The notes: generated by a model not told the origin, from the sequence alone. A stretch of 64,000 nucleotides of DNA from Octopus sinensis (GCF_006345805.1 NC_042997.1:55986001-56050000), one strand, 5' to 3'; shown: positions 25,098-38,854, counted from the first letter of the stretch. Numbers and translations are program-made.

Positions 25098-25688
25098 TAT
25101 ATTTGTAGAAAAACATAAATCCGGAGGAGAAGCACACTCTAAGATGTAGAGCAGTTAATATTATAGTAGGGTAGTCCAGTTTATGGAGTTATCCTGGGTT
25201 TCTCGCTCAGAAGGGGTTTAACCTTATATAAAATATAGTAGCTGATGAGTGTTGTTGAAGCAAAGCTCATCATTCTCTTGACGAAATATTAGATATCTCC
25301 TAACAGCTTACCTGACTTTAATTAACTTCTTAATTTTTCTTTTTAACTTAGTCAGGAGTAAGGAATGATCTCTCATTTCTTCTCCCATGCAGAGCTGAGA
25401 CTTTGTATCCAATCAGGATGAGAATTCACCATCACAGCAATATCATGTATGTAGTGAAGCTGAAAGAATCTTTGGATCAAATCTGAAAAAAATTTTACTA
25501 GTTTGAATTGTGCCCTATATCAGGACAAGTGTCTTTGTCAAATTTTCCTTCACCACTTTGCTCTTAGTGACCTGCTCTGACTGTTATTTCTTGCTGTGAT
25601 CTATCCAACAGCCCTACCTAGATTATACCCATGAGCTCTAAGCAATGTGTTTCTTGTCTTAAAAGACCCTCTCTCCTCCCCCTCGTAC

Positions 25689-25730
<42 letters not shown>

Positions 25731-28700
25731 CTATTTGGTTTCAAACTACTTGGCCTATATAGTTGCTTCTAACTTCTCTGAATATCCCCCCAGGAATATT
25801 CAGGGGGTATAATGTGAAAGCCATGACTAATTCTCACTTGATATAGAATTTAATAAACTTCAGATTATTTTAAAAAGGGAAAAAGAGGAAGAAATTAAAT
25901 AAATAAAAACTCCCTTGAACATATATATCTATTGTATGTTTATGTGTGTGTGTGTATGCGTGTAAGCGCACACATCTATACACATACATAGTGTGTTTGT
26001 TCTTGTGTATTGTTTGTCATACATACATTTACGTTTACTTTCTCTTTACTTTATGCATACTGCATATTGTTGGGGGAAATATTGGTGATGATAAGGACTG
26101 TACATACTCGTTTGTGGGTGTATATACGTGTGTGTGTGTGTGTGTGTGTGAATTCAATTGGCCTATGTTCCTAAGTCAGTCACCTCCCCTCCATCTCTCA
26201 TTTTTCTCTGTGTTTTCCTCACTCTTTCCTTTCCCCACCTCTTTCATTTGCAATGATATAGCTTTTACATTGCAAAAACTGTTTCATTTCCTTGAAGGCC
26301 CTTGAGAAAATAAGACTTAATATTTCTCAAATGAACAACAATTATATTTACCACCATATCAAACATCTTTCCCCTTACCCTCCACACAGATGGAAAAAAA
26401 AAATATTAGTCAATTTCTTGTACTGTTTAACAAATCAAAATAATAATTTTTAAAAAATAGAACAAAAGCACATTATTAGAGGAAAATGTAAAACCCAATA
26501 CTAGTCTTTTTCATTTTGTTTTGTTTGTAACAACATTCAAATCTAGAAAAGAGTAATGTAATACTGGGAAGTGTGATGTTTAATTTCAGTTTTGTTTTCA
26601 GATAATAGTTTGCCTAACAAGTTTTGTGTGTAGAAAAATAAATGTATATTTGTGTGTATCTGTCGGGGAAGGGGGTATAATTTCTCCAGTTGAATCAGAG
26701 AATAATATTAATGGAAGAATATTTGCTATTTATCAATTAAGGTGTTTCAAGCAATTAGTGTCTTTTGTCTTAGTTGCAAATATTTGTTTCAATGTATTTT
26801 CTGATGTTTCTTCTTTAACAAGAAAAATATCTGACCTCAAAGTGTCATGTTATTATTATTGAACATGAAAAAAAAAAAGTAAAATAACCAAATTTGATAA
26901 AATCACAATGACAATCTCTACTACTACTTTACTGTACATTCAAGTTTGCTGGCGGTATTTCTTTATTTTGTCTTGTTTTTGTTTTCTTTAAATATCGCAG
27001 TTTTCAACATTATTCTTTCATTATCTAATATACTTTGATAAATGTTATAATACTTCATTTGTATTAAAAATAACAAGAGAAGCCGAGACCAAAAACCATG
27101 AGGGATTAACATATATTAGCTTTGGTAATCAAAAATTTAAACAATATACAACAATGTTTATCTCCTATATTTTTGAAAACCATTGCATCATATTTTCAGT
27201 TATTGCTTTAATATGATAATGTTCAGAGAATTTCAAATCAGGTTCCAAAAAATCATGTAAAATCTAAAGTAAAAACTGCTAGTATTATAAAATATTAAGT
27301 CTCTTTGGAAAATAAGTTTGTGCTTGATATGACCTTTTATTCACATTATTTCTTCATGTTTGCTTCATTTGTAAAACAATACATCTTGACAGTGATTTAT
27401 AGTTTGTCTGGCAATGCTGCCAAACCATTTAGATTGTCTGCTACCATTAAAATTTAAACTGGTTATATTTTACTTCATTATCAATTTGTTGTCATCACTA
27501 CATGTTTACGTGATTGTATTAGACTATATCCTACACAGTCCCATAATATGGAAAGAGTTTTTGGTTAGTATAACAGCAAAATACAAAAAAACCTTAAGTC
27601 AGTCTGCCCACAAACCAGTTTCAGTTCTTAGTTTTAGCAATTTTTCTTACAATTTCAATATTCTTGTGGAAGACAGGAACTTTACAACATTCCATTTTTA
27701 TAATTCAATTTAATATCTTATGCCTATATATTAAATCATATTATGAAACTCAGTTTATGCTATTCTATGGGAAAATTCCATAGCAAGATACTGAGAAATA
27801 TTTTAGCAAAATAGTCCAAAATTCTTACGCATGGTTTACCAAGTATGTAACATTTCTAAGATTTTCTTTGTTTAAGTTTTATATATTTTACTATACTCTT
27901 CATAAGTTACCAGTTTTTTTTTTATTAGTTAGTCAAAGGAGCAACCCCATGGCCATCCTAACTCCTCCACCTCACCCCAATACCACTCATACAGAGTTAA
28001 TGTTCAGTTTGAACAACTGTAAGCTGATGGTTGAAGCGGGGAAATGTTCAGAGATAGAGTATTGGTGAGTTACAGATCAAAAGAAAAATGGATCAGGAAA
28101 GTGTCTTGTGCAGAATCCAAGGGGTGATAGACAGACAGGAGTGGTAAGAGGCAGAAGACAGGTGTGTCAAGAAATATGCTATCAATTAGTTAAAGCACCA
28201 GAGGCTATTCTAACTGTAGTAGAAGAGGCAATGACAGGAAAGTATTGTACATCTGTGAGCTGGTGGCTGTAGTGTTAGGGTCAGATTGTCTTCCTTTAGA
28301 TACCAACTATGTTATATGTGTGTTTAGCAGAAATATAGTTTCATACATGTGCATGTTACTCTATTGTGGTCATAGTCGAGCCTTGTTGATGGTCAGCAAT
28401 TGATCAGGTCTGGAGTATTTTCTGACCTGAAAGAAGTATCCTAGTCCATGATGCGGTTTAGTTAATATTACATGCATATTACTATGAAAGATCATCAGAG
28501 CTTTTGAGACCTAGTAATTGTAGCAATTTTAAGAGGGCCTTGACTAAAGAGGGTGAAATAAAAAGAGTTGGATAGATTTTTGTACATAGAAATATTTACA
28601 TTAATTGAAGAAACAGATGTTTCACAGTTTGATGCTTTCCTTTATTCAAACTTCTCCACCATGGGGCGGAAGTCATGTAATATTTTATGATAGATAAACT

Positions 28701-29388
28701 GCGGTGTAAAAGGGTGTATTTGTTTTTTTCTTTCTTTGCTTATTCAATCTCAGATATAGCTTCTTGATGCCTTACACCATTCCTCATCTTCTTATATCAT
28801 TCCTTATTTCTCATCTTATATGCAAGCTCCAAAAAGTTTAATAGAAGAAAATTAAAAGTTATAACATTTGTGACTTAAAAGAGCACAAGAACATAATCTT
28901 AAACGTTCAGTTACCATTCTTCCAAATAAACTCATCATCTTGTTAACTTTGTGATATGAATGCACACAAGTTTGTTGGCCTCGACTTTGTTGTAATCTTA
29001 AAGAGAAATGTTTGTGGCAGTCATTTCTTCCATATGGTTGCTATATACATTTTTTAATATTGTTTTTATAAGAATAATTTTCAAATTCCGTTATAGAATG
29101 TTAATGACTTCCTATAATCTTTCTTAACAAGGAATTTTAAGTTAACACACATCTCCCAATTTTTTCTTTCCCCACTCTTGTTCTGTCTTTCTCAGTCCTC
29201 ATTTTTCCCAGTCGCTTTCTCCGCCCCTTCTTTGTTTGTTCAGGATCATCTTGAGAATAATCAGAGCAACTGTAATGTGTATATAGAATATTTTTGATAC
29301 TATAACTATTTTGAAGCCAGTTTTTTTTTTTTTTTTTTTTTTGCTTTTCTTGACCCCTTGTTGTTAGGGTTAATTTTTTCTCTTCCAG

Positions 29389-29440
29389 TTTTTCTTACCT
29401 CAGAAAACTACAAAGAGCTCATATCTAAATTCAAACAGTG
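29389..29440 (+). CDS. Weak candidate exon (FFLPQKTTKSSYLNSNS in phase 0/1, or FLTSENYKELISKFKQ in phase 1/2)
   Basis: Strong acceptor TTTTTTCTCTTCCAG but weak donor GTAGTT. Confidence 0.25.
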
Positions 29441-30037
29441 GTAGTTTAGATGGTTATGGTTACAAATTGTACTTTAACCAATGCCAACTCATTTTTGCAT
29501 TGATAGATAATGTAATTTATTCTTGAAAAAAAAAAGAGAGAGAGAGAATGCAGAGGGAAAAAAATAAACTTGCTTCAGTGCAAGTGGGGAAGGAGAAATT
29601 AAATGAACAAATCAAAACAAAACCCTGCTGATACCTAGAATCAAGATTAATTTGGTAAAATGTAACCACAAGCAAATATAGATACTCTCTCATCCCTCAT
29701 ACACTTGACCCTATCAAATAACCAGGATGTGACAACTAGTGAAAGAGAGGGCTGCACTAGCCATTGGCTGGTACTTTCATTATCAACCCTAAAAGAATTC
29801 AGGACAAAGGAAGAGTTGATCTTTGCAGGATTTGTGTGTGTGCATGTGTGTGTTTATTCTACTACTAACATGGAATGAAAATTTATTATAATAGCATGAA
29901 ATGATAGTATTATCACAAGCTACTTAACAATTATTAGCATAAGCAAATCTAGTCAACTATGTAAATATTTTATTATTCATAAAAAATATATATATTTTTT
30001 TTCAACATTTGTGCATTTTTTTTATATATATAAACAT

Positions 30038-30670
30038 CAGATAATGCTGCAGATAGTGCAAACTTACAAGAACATGGAGCTAACTCTCACATAAATAAAA
30101 CAGAGGTCCTGCATTAACAAGTGCCCAACAAGCAGAAACTTGGTTCAGCCATTCAAGTAGATGGGTAGGGAGTGGAAATGTAGAGCCCTTCTAATATCTG
30201 GATAGTCTCTTGCCACTTAATGCAGATATTGGTGAGGTCATCCAGCACCAGGTAAAACATGTCAATACAACCTTTGGTCATCTGAGTAGATTGGTATATG
30301 TAAAATCATGATCTGAGACAAACAGTTAAGCTAATGGTACATAAGGCAGTTGTACCTATGTACCAATATGGCACTGAAACCTGGACAGGTTATAGGTGAT
30401 ATCTCCATAAGCTGGAAAGATACCCTCAGAGAAAGGAGGGAAATCATGCACATTCTAGAGATGTTGGCTTGCTTGCGAACAGAGACATTGCTGTGTGCAG
30501 ACAAACCAATATTTCCCATATTAAGATCATGATTACACATCATGATCATGATGTGCAAATGTTGGACTATTGGTTGCCAAAGCAGCTGTTTATTTCTAGG
30601 TGAATGAACGAAAGCACATCCAAAGAGGTCAAATGAAGGAGTTTGAGAATGAGCAAAAGGAAGTGTAGTG
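30038..30670 (+). mobile_element. Decayed RTE-clade LINE fragment (RT C-terminal region)
   Basis: Translates, with stops and frameshifts, to KTEVLH..IQVDG..VEPF*YLDSLL..IQHQV..FGHL, then KLMVHKAVVPMYQYGTETWTGYR*YLHKLERYPQRK, then LPKQLF. Confidence 0.75.
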
Positions 30671-31316
30671 TCAATGTAATATGTACAAGTGGAAATCATA
30701 GATGACTAACTAACACAAGTGAAGAGGAATCATCTATGGTGATCCAACACTTCAATACAAAAAAATTAACATTTTACTTATAAACATGAGCAGAGAAAGC
30801 AGCATGAAACAACCAACCATAGAACCATTTGGAAAAGTCTGATCCAAAACCACACTGCAGGATCCCACATTGACTTATATTACTGACATGATCGCATGGG
30901 GGTCCACAGAAGTTAAATCTGTTGGGTAGCCAGCCTTGATCCCAAGGGATTGCTGGCTTACATTCTTCCTTTTTCATATGTCATTACATATTCCATGATA
31001 TTCTTTTGTATCTGTATAACTGAAAAATTGTTTTAATATTATTTTATTGTGTTAGCCAGTGATTTGATTTATTTTATTATTATTATTATTAGTAGTAGTA
31101 GTAGTAGTAGTAGTAGTAGCAGCAGCAGCAGCAGCAGTAGTAGTGAGATGGTGAGCTGGTAGAATTGTTAGTATGCTGGGCAAAATGCTTGGCAGTATTT
31201 TGTCCATCTTTACTTTCTAGGTTCAAATTCTGCTGAGGTCAACTTTGTCTTTTATCCCTTTTTTTGGGATACCTTTCATCCCTTTTTGTGGGGTCAATAA
31301 AATAAATATCAATTGA

Positions 31317-31539
31317 CATTATTTACATTTGACGGATATTTGTCCTCATCTTGTTTGTTGTTCACACAACACTTCGGCTGATATACGTTCCAGCCTTCAT
31401 CAGGTGTCTTGGGAAATTTCGAACCTGGGTTCTCATTCCTAAGATATTTTTTTGATGTTATTATTATTATTCAGGTCATTGTCTGGTATCGAACTCAGAA
31501 TTTTGGGGTTAGTAGTCCTCACTCTTAACCACTACGCCA
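31317..31539 (-). mobile_element. tRNA-headed short element with a hammerhead-bearing, Penelope-like 3' tail
   Basis: The minus strand reads A box TGGCGTAGTGG (31539-31529), B box GAGTTCGATACC (31496-31485), (AAT)n, then GACAC-CTGATGA-A-GGCTG..CAGCC-GAAG-TGTT-GTGT. Confidence 0.75.
31363..31408 (-). ncRNA. Minimal type I hammerhead-ribozyme-like motif (degenerate at GAAA and stem III)
   Basis: CUGAUGA core, 5-bp stem II GGCUG/CAGCC and 4-bp stem I ACAC/GUGU. GAAACG appears as GAAGUG. Confidence 0.6.
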
Positions 31540-31549
31540 TGATGAAAGG

Positions 31550-31590
31550 CTGATGAAGGCTGGAGGGTATATCAGCCGAAACATCGTGTT
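31550..31590 (+). ncRNA. Second hammerhead-like core in inverted orientation (5' strand of stem I missing)
   Basis: CUGAUGA (31550-31556), A, GGCUG..CAGCC, GAAA (31578-31581), CAUC, GUGUU. Confidence 0.6.
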
Positions 31591-32433
31591 AATAACAAAC
31601 AAGATGAGTACAAATATCCATCAAATGTAAATAATGTACATAATTCCTCATTTCTTAAATATAGGACTGTAGTACCATTTGAGTATTGAGGTTTGTGTAA
31701 TTAACTATCCCCTTCCCCCAAATTGCTGGCCTTATGCCAAAATTTGAAACCATTATTGTTGTTGTTGTACATATATGTACAGTTCATAACTAATCCCCAC
31801 ATGACCCACGAGGCTATTAGATGTTGTTACACACCACTGGTCACAATGTGCTTGTTTTAGCCTTCAAATGATGCCCAAGCAGCCCAACAAACCACCTGAT
31901 TGAAGGGGGACTGGAGCAATGTGAAATGAAATATTTTGCTCAAGAACACAACACGCCTGGGAATCAAACCCATGATCTATCAACCATGAGCACAGCAGTC
32001 TAACCACTAGGTCATGCACCTTCACAATCTAACTAATGGACTGACAAAAGGAAAAAAAAAAATTGAAAAAGAAAATCAAAATGTTAATAATTTAAAAGAA
32101 ATCAGAAGTTGATTAATACACTTGTGAGGAGATAGAGCATCACTAATAGCTAATATTACAGGTTCAGATTTTAGCATTGCACATTTTTTGATGCACATGT
32201 GTATAAATGGTTGTTTGTGCGAATTCGAACTAAATATACATACATAAAAAAAATAACTATACAAAGCTATTTCCACCACTAATCTCAGTTGAGTGAACTA
32301 AATATTGCCTTAACAGTTTCACTTCACCCACCTGCCATTCTTTTATAATCAGCTAAACTAATTTAGATGCTACATTACAACTAAAAAGTTCTACAGTAAT
32401 TAACTCCCTGCTTCACTGAACCATTCTTTATAG

Positions 32434-32488
32434 TTTTATCTTGGGATCAGAAACCTGTGGTTAGAGTACTTGCAGTTCTCCAAATGCT
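32434..32488 (+). CDS. Candidate exon (55 bp): FYLGIRNLWLEYLQFSKC (phase 0/1) or LSWDQKPVVRVLAVLQM (phase 1/2)
   Basis: Acceptor CCATTCTTTATAG, donor GTAAGT. Two frames are open. Confidence 0.35.
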
Positions 32489-32588
32489 GTAAGTTTTCAC
32501 TAAATAAGGCTTTAACCTGCTGAGTTTCTGTCTGTACTGAATAGCCTTCCAGCATATCCTTATCTTATTTTATTCTCTCTCTTTCTCA

Positions 32589-32627
<39 letters not shown>

Positions 32628-33163
32628 TATCTATCTATCTATCTATCTCCTCTTTTCTATTTCAGATTTTCATTTTCTTTCTTTCATTCTCTCTGCTTTC
32701 TCCCTTTTATTCTGGTATATCCCATGGGGCCAATGTTTGAATTTTTCAACCCCCTACACTAACACATCAGCTATCAAATCCTTCATCTTATGGATGTTTT
32801 ATTTATTTTTAACCTCCACCTCCTCCTCCTACTACTACTACTACTAATACTACTACTACCCCCACTACCACCACCACACTACTACTGCTAAATAAATGAT
32901 ATCCCCTTTCTCCCAGTAGTAGGTCCATTTGTACTGAAATGCTACAGAATCAACATTGACCACCTGTGGATGTGAGAACTCCTTAAAGCTAGGCTGATCC
33001 CCAGGGAGCCTTTTTATGTTGCACTGCTTTTACTTCCCTTTTGGCTAGCTTCACACAGAACATATTCAACCAAGACTACTTCAGCCATCTGGCATTTTTC
33101 TAATACTAACTATCCATTCATCTATGCAAACTGCTGTCTCACTCACTCTCTTTCTCTCCATCC

Positions 33164-33197
<34 letters not shown>

Positions 33198-33857
33198 TTA
33201 TCTATTTGGTTTCACATTTAGTGGAGTCAGTAGAAAGTTGTTTCAAATCACATACTTCCTCTCCTCTTTTTTTATCCTTTTACCTCCCAAGTTCTGCCAA
33301 TAGCTTGGTCAGCCCTTTCCTAAAACAGAAATAATTTTTTCTCTCCAGAAATTATCATTTTGCTTCTCTTTGTCCAGTACTCACTCACAAATACACACAA
33401 CCTAATATGTAATGTGTATTCAGTCATTTTACATCATCTCACCCAATATTCTCATGTAAACCATTATTCCGTTTTAAATACTGAGTGAAAAAAAAAACAA
33501 TGTATTTTTCCTTTGTTTTGTTTTGCTTTTTTGTGTGAAGGTGTTTTTTACCTGTCCAGCATATTTGCATTCCTCATTTCTACTGAGCAATTCCATTATC
33601 CAGATTTAGCTATATATAATGTGTGTTTGTTAGTGTGTGTGTGTATGTGTGTGTAAATACATTTTTATTTGGTTTGTATTACTTTAATTTTATCTATAGA
33701 AATTGGATGACATATGCATGTATTTACGGTTTATTTAATATTTATTGGTGAGTGTGGTATTGCATAACATTAAATATGTATTGTGTGTGTGTGTGTATAT
33801 GAATATATGTATATCCATGTGTATATAGGTATGTGTGTGTTGTGTTTTGTGTCTCTT

Positions 33858-34050
33858 ATCATCATCACCATCATCATCACCTTGATGGCATGGAGTGAAC
33901 AGTTTGACAGGATCTAATAGCTGGAAGACTGCATCAAGCTCCAATATTCGCTTTGGCTTGATTTCTATGTTTTGATACCCTACCTAATGCCAACCACTTT
34001 ACAGAATGTAATGGGTGCTATTTTTCATGACATGTGCACTAGTGATGTTT
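33858..34050 (-). mobile_element. Diverged family C repeat
   Basis: (CAT)n..GATACCCTACCTAATGCCAACCACTTTACAG. Confidence 0.7.
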
Positions 34051-34777
34051 TCATGAGTAAAGCTGCAGAAGAGAGGATGGTGGCTTTATGCCCAGTGTTA
34101 AGAGACTAGAGTATGACAGACAGCACAGAGAAGAGCTTGCTAAAGAAGAAATACATGGCTAACCTCCTATTATATAAGGGTGGAGTAACTGGAAAGAAGA
34201 TACTGAAGATAGTGACAAAGTGTCAGAGTGTACTATGAAGATATAAGATGGTAAATATATGAGAAAATACAAGCAGAAGATCGGAAAGGATGGATGGATA
34301 AATTCATTAGAATGTGAGAGGAGAGTGACAGATGGTTAGAGACGGTGGGGGTAGAGATGAATGGAACAAGGGTGGAGGTCTAGTTGATGGTAAATATCAG
34401 TATTGGAGGAAAGTGAAAGAAATTTCAGTTGCTCCAGGAGGAGATAAGTGTTTATGTTTGTGTGTGGATATGTGCGTTAATAACACCATTTTGACACCCA
34501 CATTTCTGTGCTTGCATGCGCCAGATGGAGTTCATTGAGACTTATTTTCTGTGATCAGATGACCTTCCTGCCACCAACCGTTTCTATTTCCAAGCTAGGC
34601 AATATTTTCCCATGGACAGACATTTAGACAAAAAGATTGGAACTGAATGATACTCCATGTATGACTGACATTTTTTATAACTCTCCTGTGAAGTCAAGGA
34701 CAACACAAACACAATGGAGACAGACCCCACGTACAAACATGCATGCTCACACACATACACACACAACACACATTTAT

Positions 34778-34779
<2 letters not shown>

Positions 34780-34810
<31 letters not shown>

Positions 34811-34908
34811 GTTTAGCGTCCGTTTTCAATGCTAGCATGGGTTGGACGGTTCTACTGGGGTCTGAGAAGCCAGAAGGCTTCATCAGGCCCAGTCAAATCT
34901 GGCAGTGT

Positions 34909-34912
<4 letters not shown>
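34780..34912 (-). mobile_element. Family C 3' tail
   Basis: (CAT)n CGTTTAGCGTCCGTTTTCAATGCTAGCATGGGTTGGACGG. Confidence 0.85.
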
Positions 34913-34946
<34 letters not shown>

Positions 34947-35702
34947 AAGATTCGTTACTGTAAAATAATCCACAGGTGTAAAGAGTAAATGTGTGCGAAG
35001 TTGGGTATAAATTTTATTTTAATCTGAAGTTGAAATTGCATTATTGCTTTTAGACTATTAATTGTTAGCTCACTGTTCTGAATGATATATGACAAACAAA
35101 AAATACAGAACATTTGATTTATATCATTTCAGAAATATTTTGATTTTCTGATGTTCAAGAGTGAACCTTTTTAAAGCATATATTTTCTGAGAGGCTAAAT
35201 CACCACCATTGTTATCCTATTGTTAATATACTCCATATAAAATTATAGTCTTTGGTATCAGTATTTTCAATAGCCACATGTATTTTGATAAACTTGAGCC
35301 TGAAGATATCTCTGGATTTTTGAAAGAATATTGATGATGATGAAATCATCCTATCCTTGATTTTGAAAGACATTAATCATTTACTTAAACAACTTAGAGA
35401 TTACATAATCCAGAAGTATTAGATGTAGAAGATTAAGATTTTTGCTATTGGTCTGTGGTATTTCTCTTGCCAAATTATGTATATGGATGGATTTAGGTTT
35501 AACCCTTTTGTTGCCATTATTTCCTTTGAGATACTGAAGAGATGTTTAGCAATATATGTACTTACATTCAGGGTGAATGGGACTTTGAACCAAATAATTT
35601 TGTGCTTCTGTTTTTGTGTCTGGACATTCATATTATATACATAACTAAATTTATCATTAAATTTAGTTCCTTCATTGCCCTTTTTCTCCCTACTTGTGCA
35701 TG

Positions 35703-35878
35703 TGTGTGGCTGTGCGGTAAGAAGTTTGCTTCCCCACCACACAGTTCTAGTTTCAATCCCACTGCATGACACCTTGGGTAAGTGTCTTCTACTATATCCT
35801 CAGGCTGACCAAAACCTTGTGAGTGGATTTGTTTGACAGAAACTGAAAGAAGCTCATTGTGTGTGTATGTATATATGT

Positions 35879-35962
<84 letters not shown>

Positions 35963-35978
35963 ATGATGTATGTATTTA

Positions 35979-36009
<31 letters not shown>

Positions 36010-36232
36010 ATGATGTATGTATTTATGTGTGTGTGTCTGTGTTTATCCCCCTGACATCACTTGTCAACCAATGCTGATGTGTTTATGTCCCCGTAACATA
36101 GCAGTTCGGCCAAAGTGGCCGATAGAATAAGTACTAGGCTTACAAAGAATAAGTCCTAAGGTTGATTTCTCCTAAAACCCTTTAAGGTGGTGCTCCAGCA
36201 TGACCACAGTCAAATGACTGAAACAAATAAAA

Positions 36233-36235
<3 letters not shown>
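35703..36235 (+). mobile_element. Full-length SINE family A with an expanded internal microsatellite
   Basis: Head GTGGCTGTGCGGTAAGAAG, CORE-like GACACCTTGGGTAAGTGTC, tail GAAACAAATAAAAGA. Confidence 0.9.
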
Positions 36236-36283
<48 letters not shown>

Positions 36284-37324
36284 TGATCTTTCTATAACAC
36301 CTTATGTATTTCTCAACAGCTTTACTTGAAAATCAACTGTTTGGCATATTTATTCATTTATCATACATTTTCAGAGCAGCCATTGCAAGGCATCTGCTAG
36401 ATTTTGACTAAGCAAAATTATTATTCTTTACTGTTATTGTTCTTGTCACTATACTGTTGCTCTCTTATGACTGCTTGAAATTTTACATATTTTTACCTAT
36501 GTGTGCGACAATATGAAAACAGAATGCCTAAAAAATGCTCCTTTCTCTCTCTACCTCTTATAGTAACCTGAAAATGATAAAACCTCTCAGCTTCCCAGCT
36601 TATCCATACCTGTGTGTGTGTCTGTCTGTATTGTCTTTCTCTAAGCTTAAGTGAGTAATCTATACAGTTAACTGCTGCATCCCACAACAAAGGACAGAGA
36701 AATGTGTTAAGAATTTGCAAATGTGGAGGAAAATTTCGATAAGCAAATGAAATACAAACAAATTCAGTCTTAGTTTTCAAATACTGTGACAGCGCTAACA
36801 ATAACAATAATAAAGTTTTGAAAAAATGTTTAGCATCAGGTAGGGATAAACAGGAGAGGAGACTTGGGCATTAAATGAGTTTAGGTTTGTAGAATCAGAT
36901 ATTACAGTTGTGATGAAAGGGATAGGCAGGTTATGCGGTTCAATGGTAGGCCAATTATTACAATGTATTAGTGAATAGAATATTGTCTACAGATAAAGCA
37001 AGTGTGGTGAGTGTGTCATTCCATATGTGTGATCAGAATTCTGGTTGAAGATAAGTTTTTAATCTATTATATAGGACGTGTAGGATTAGCAGTTGTTTAG
37101 AATGAATAGTTTTATATTCTGGAAAGGAAATTCAATATTATGAAGTTGTCTTGATCTGTATTTGATTCCCTGTAATCAAGTTTGCCATTCATGCATGAAG
37201 GTTTAATTAAATACCCGTAAAACACTGAAGGTAATTTTAGTGTTTGTGCATCTTATCTCTTAAAAAAAAAAAAGAAGGGAGGAAAGAAAAGACTCTTGTT
37301 ACTTATCAAAAAGAAATTTGTATT

Positions 37325-37700
37325 ATTAGATGTGGCTGTATAGTAAGAAACTTGCTTCCCAACCACATGGTTCCAGGTTCAACACAACTGCATGAGGCCT
37401 TGAGCAAGTGTCTTCTATTATAGCCTTGGGTGGAACAAAGCCTTGTGAGTGGATTTGGTGGACAGAAATTGAAACAAAGGCCATCGTATGTGTGTGTGTC
37501 CATCCACCTCACCGCTACTTGACAACCAGTGTTGGTGTGTTTACATCCACATAACTTAATGGTTTGGCAAAAGCAATTGATAGAATAATTAACAAGCTTT
37601 AAAAAAAAGTATTGGGGTTGATTCATTCAACTAAAAATTCTTCAAGGCAGTGCCCCAGCATGGCTACAGTTTAATGATTGAGTCAAGTAAAAGATAAGGT
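37325..37700 (+). mobile_element. Full-length SINE family A
   Basis: Head-to-tail match. Further copies at 38645-39030 (+), 42870-43240 (-), 52050-52270 (+), 56720-56940 (-), 57415-57565 (-) and 57720-57860 (-). Confidence 0.9.
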
Positions 37701-38817
37701 TTTAGTTCAAAATGTACAAAGCATTACTTAATGTATTTATTATGCTATCTAGTTAAGTCCTCATTAAAAGAGAAAAGTTCAAACTCTAATGTGGTTGACT
37801 TTTTTCCACAGATTATAGAATACATAGTAGTAATAGCAGGGTTTCATCCTATTCCCATATCACCAACACTACAACAATTGACCTTGTTCATGGTTAAAAA
37901 GAACAGTTCCCTTGATTATAAGTGTTAATTTTATACTAAAATGTTAATTGACTCCTCCATTTTATGACTGGATATAATAAGAAATCCTCCATTAGTGTTA
38001 TTGTAAGAGTTACTGGTTTTAACATACACATTTTTTCCAGGTTGTTGGTAGTTAGTTTTATTACAAGCATAATGACAGCCTCAGTTTTAGTGTCTGAAGT
38101 TCAAATGAAATATTATTGCTCTAAACTGTCAGGATATTTAATACATTTAAAGCAATATTCTCCAGCCTTTCTTGTCATTCTTTAGCTGACCTTTCTAGGT
38201 CAAGGACATACCCAAAGATTTTCATACCATTTATTTATTATTTATAGCTTTTGTCTATGTGTGTGTGTGTGTGTGTTTTAAATGCAATTAAAAGGAAATT
38301 ACTGATGTTGAATAATAAAGAAAATTTAAATATCTTTGTTCATAGAGTTATGGTTATGGGGTTTGTACTCAATTATATTTAGATTAAAGAAAACAACAAG
38401 GAAAAGGAATATATGCATAGACCTATATATATGTTTCTATATGTGGTTTTATGAGCTCATTTTATTCTTAAGAGCAGATTTCAGTAAATGTTCCTCTCTG
38501 TTTTATCCTTCATTTTAATACACACAACATAAAAGACCTATGAACAGTATAGTGTGTTGTGTTATTCCTTCTAATATTTCCATATCAGTTGTAGAAAAGG
38601 AAACTATTTATCTCTCTTGCTTTACTCTAGTTACTACTGTTCATTACTTTGGCTGAGTGGTTAAGAATGTTGCTTTGCAATCGCATACTTTCGGGTTCAG
38701 TCCCACTGCACAACACTTTGGGCAAGTATCTAGTGCTACAGCCCCAGACCAACCAAATCTCTGTGAGGGAATTTACAGTCTGAAACTGTAACTATGTGAA
38801 CACCTGTTGTGTCTGTG

Positions 38818-38854
<37 letters not shown>

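Larger units (their letters stand above)
31145..31755 (+). mobile_element. SINE family B split by a nested insertion (halves 31145-31316 and 31671-31755)
   Basis: The head and central domain lie on the left. The continuation AGTACCATTTGAGTATTGAGG..TCCCCTTCCCCCAAATTGCTGGCC lies on the right. Confidence 0.8.

Noticed and set aside
28655-28680. GGGGCGGAAGT GC-box/ETS-like site as a promoter
   Set aside because: It is a single short motif with no CpG island or other support.
38645-38710. tRNA-like sequence (also at other SINE heads)
   Set aside because: It has degenerate A/B boxes without a complete cloverleaf and continues directly into a SINE body.
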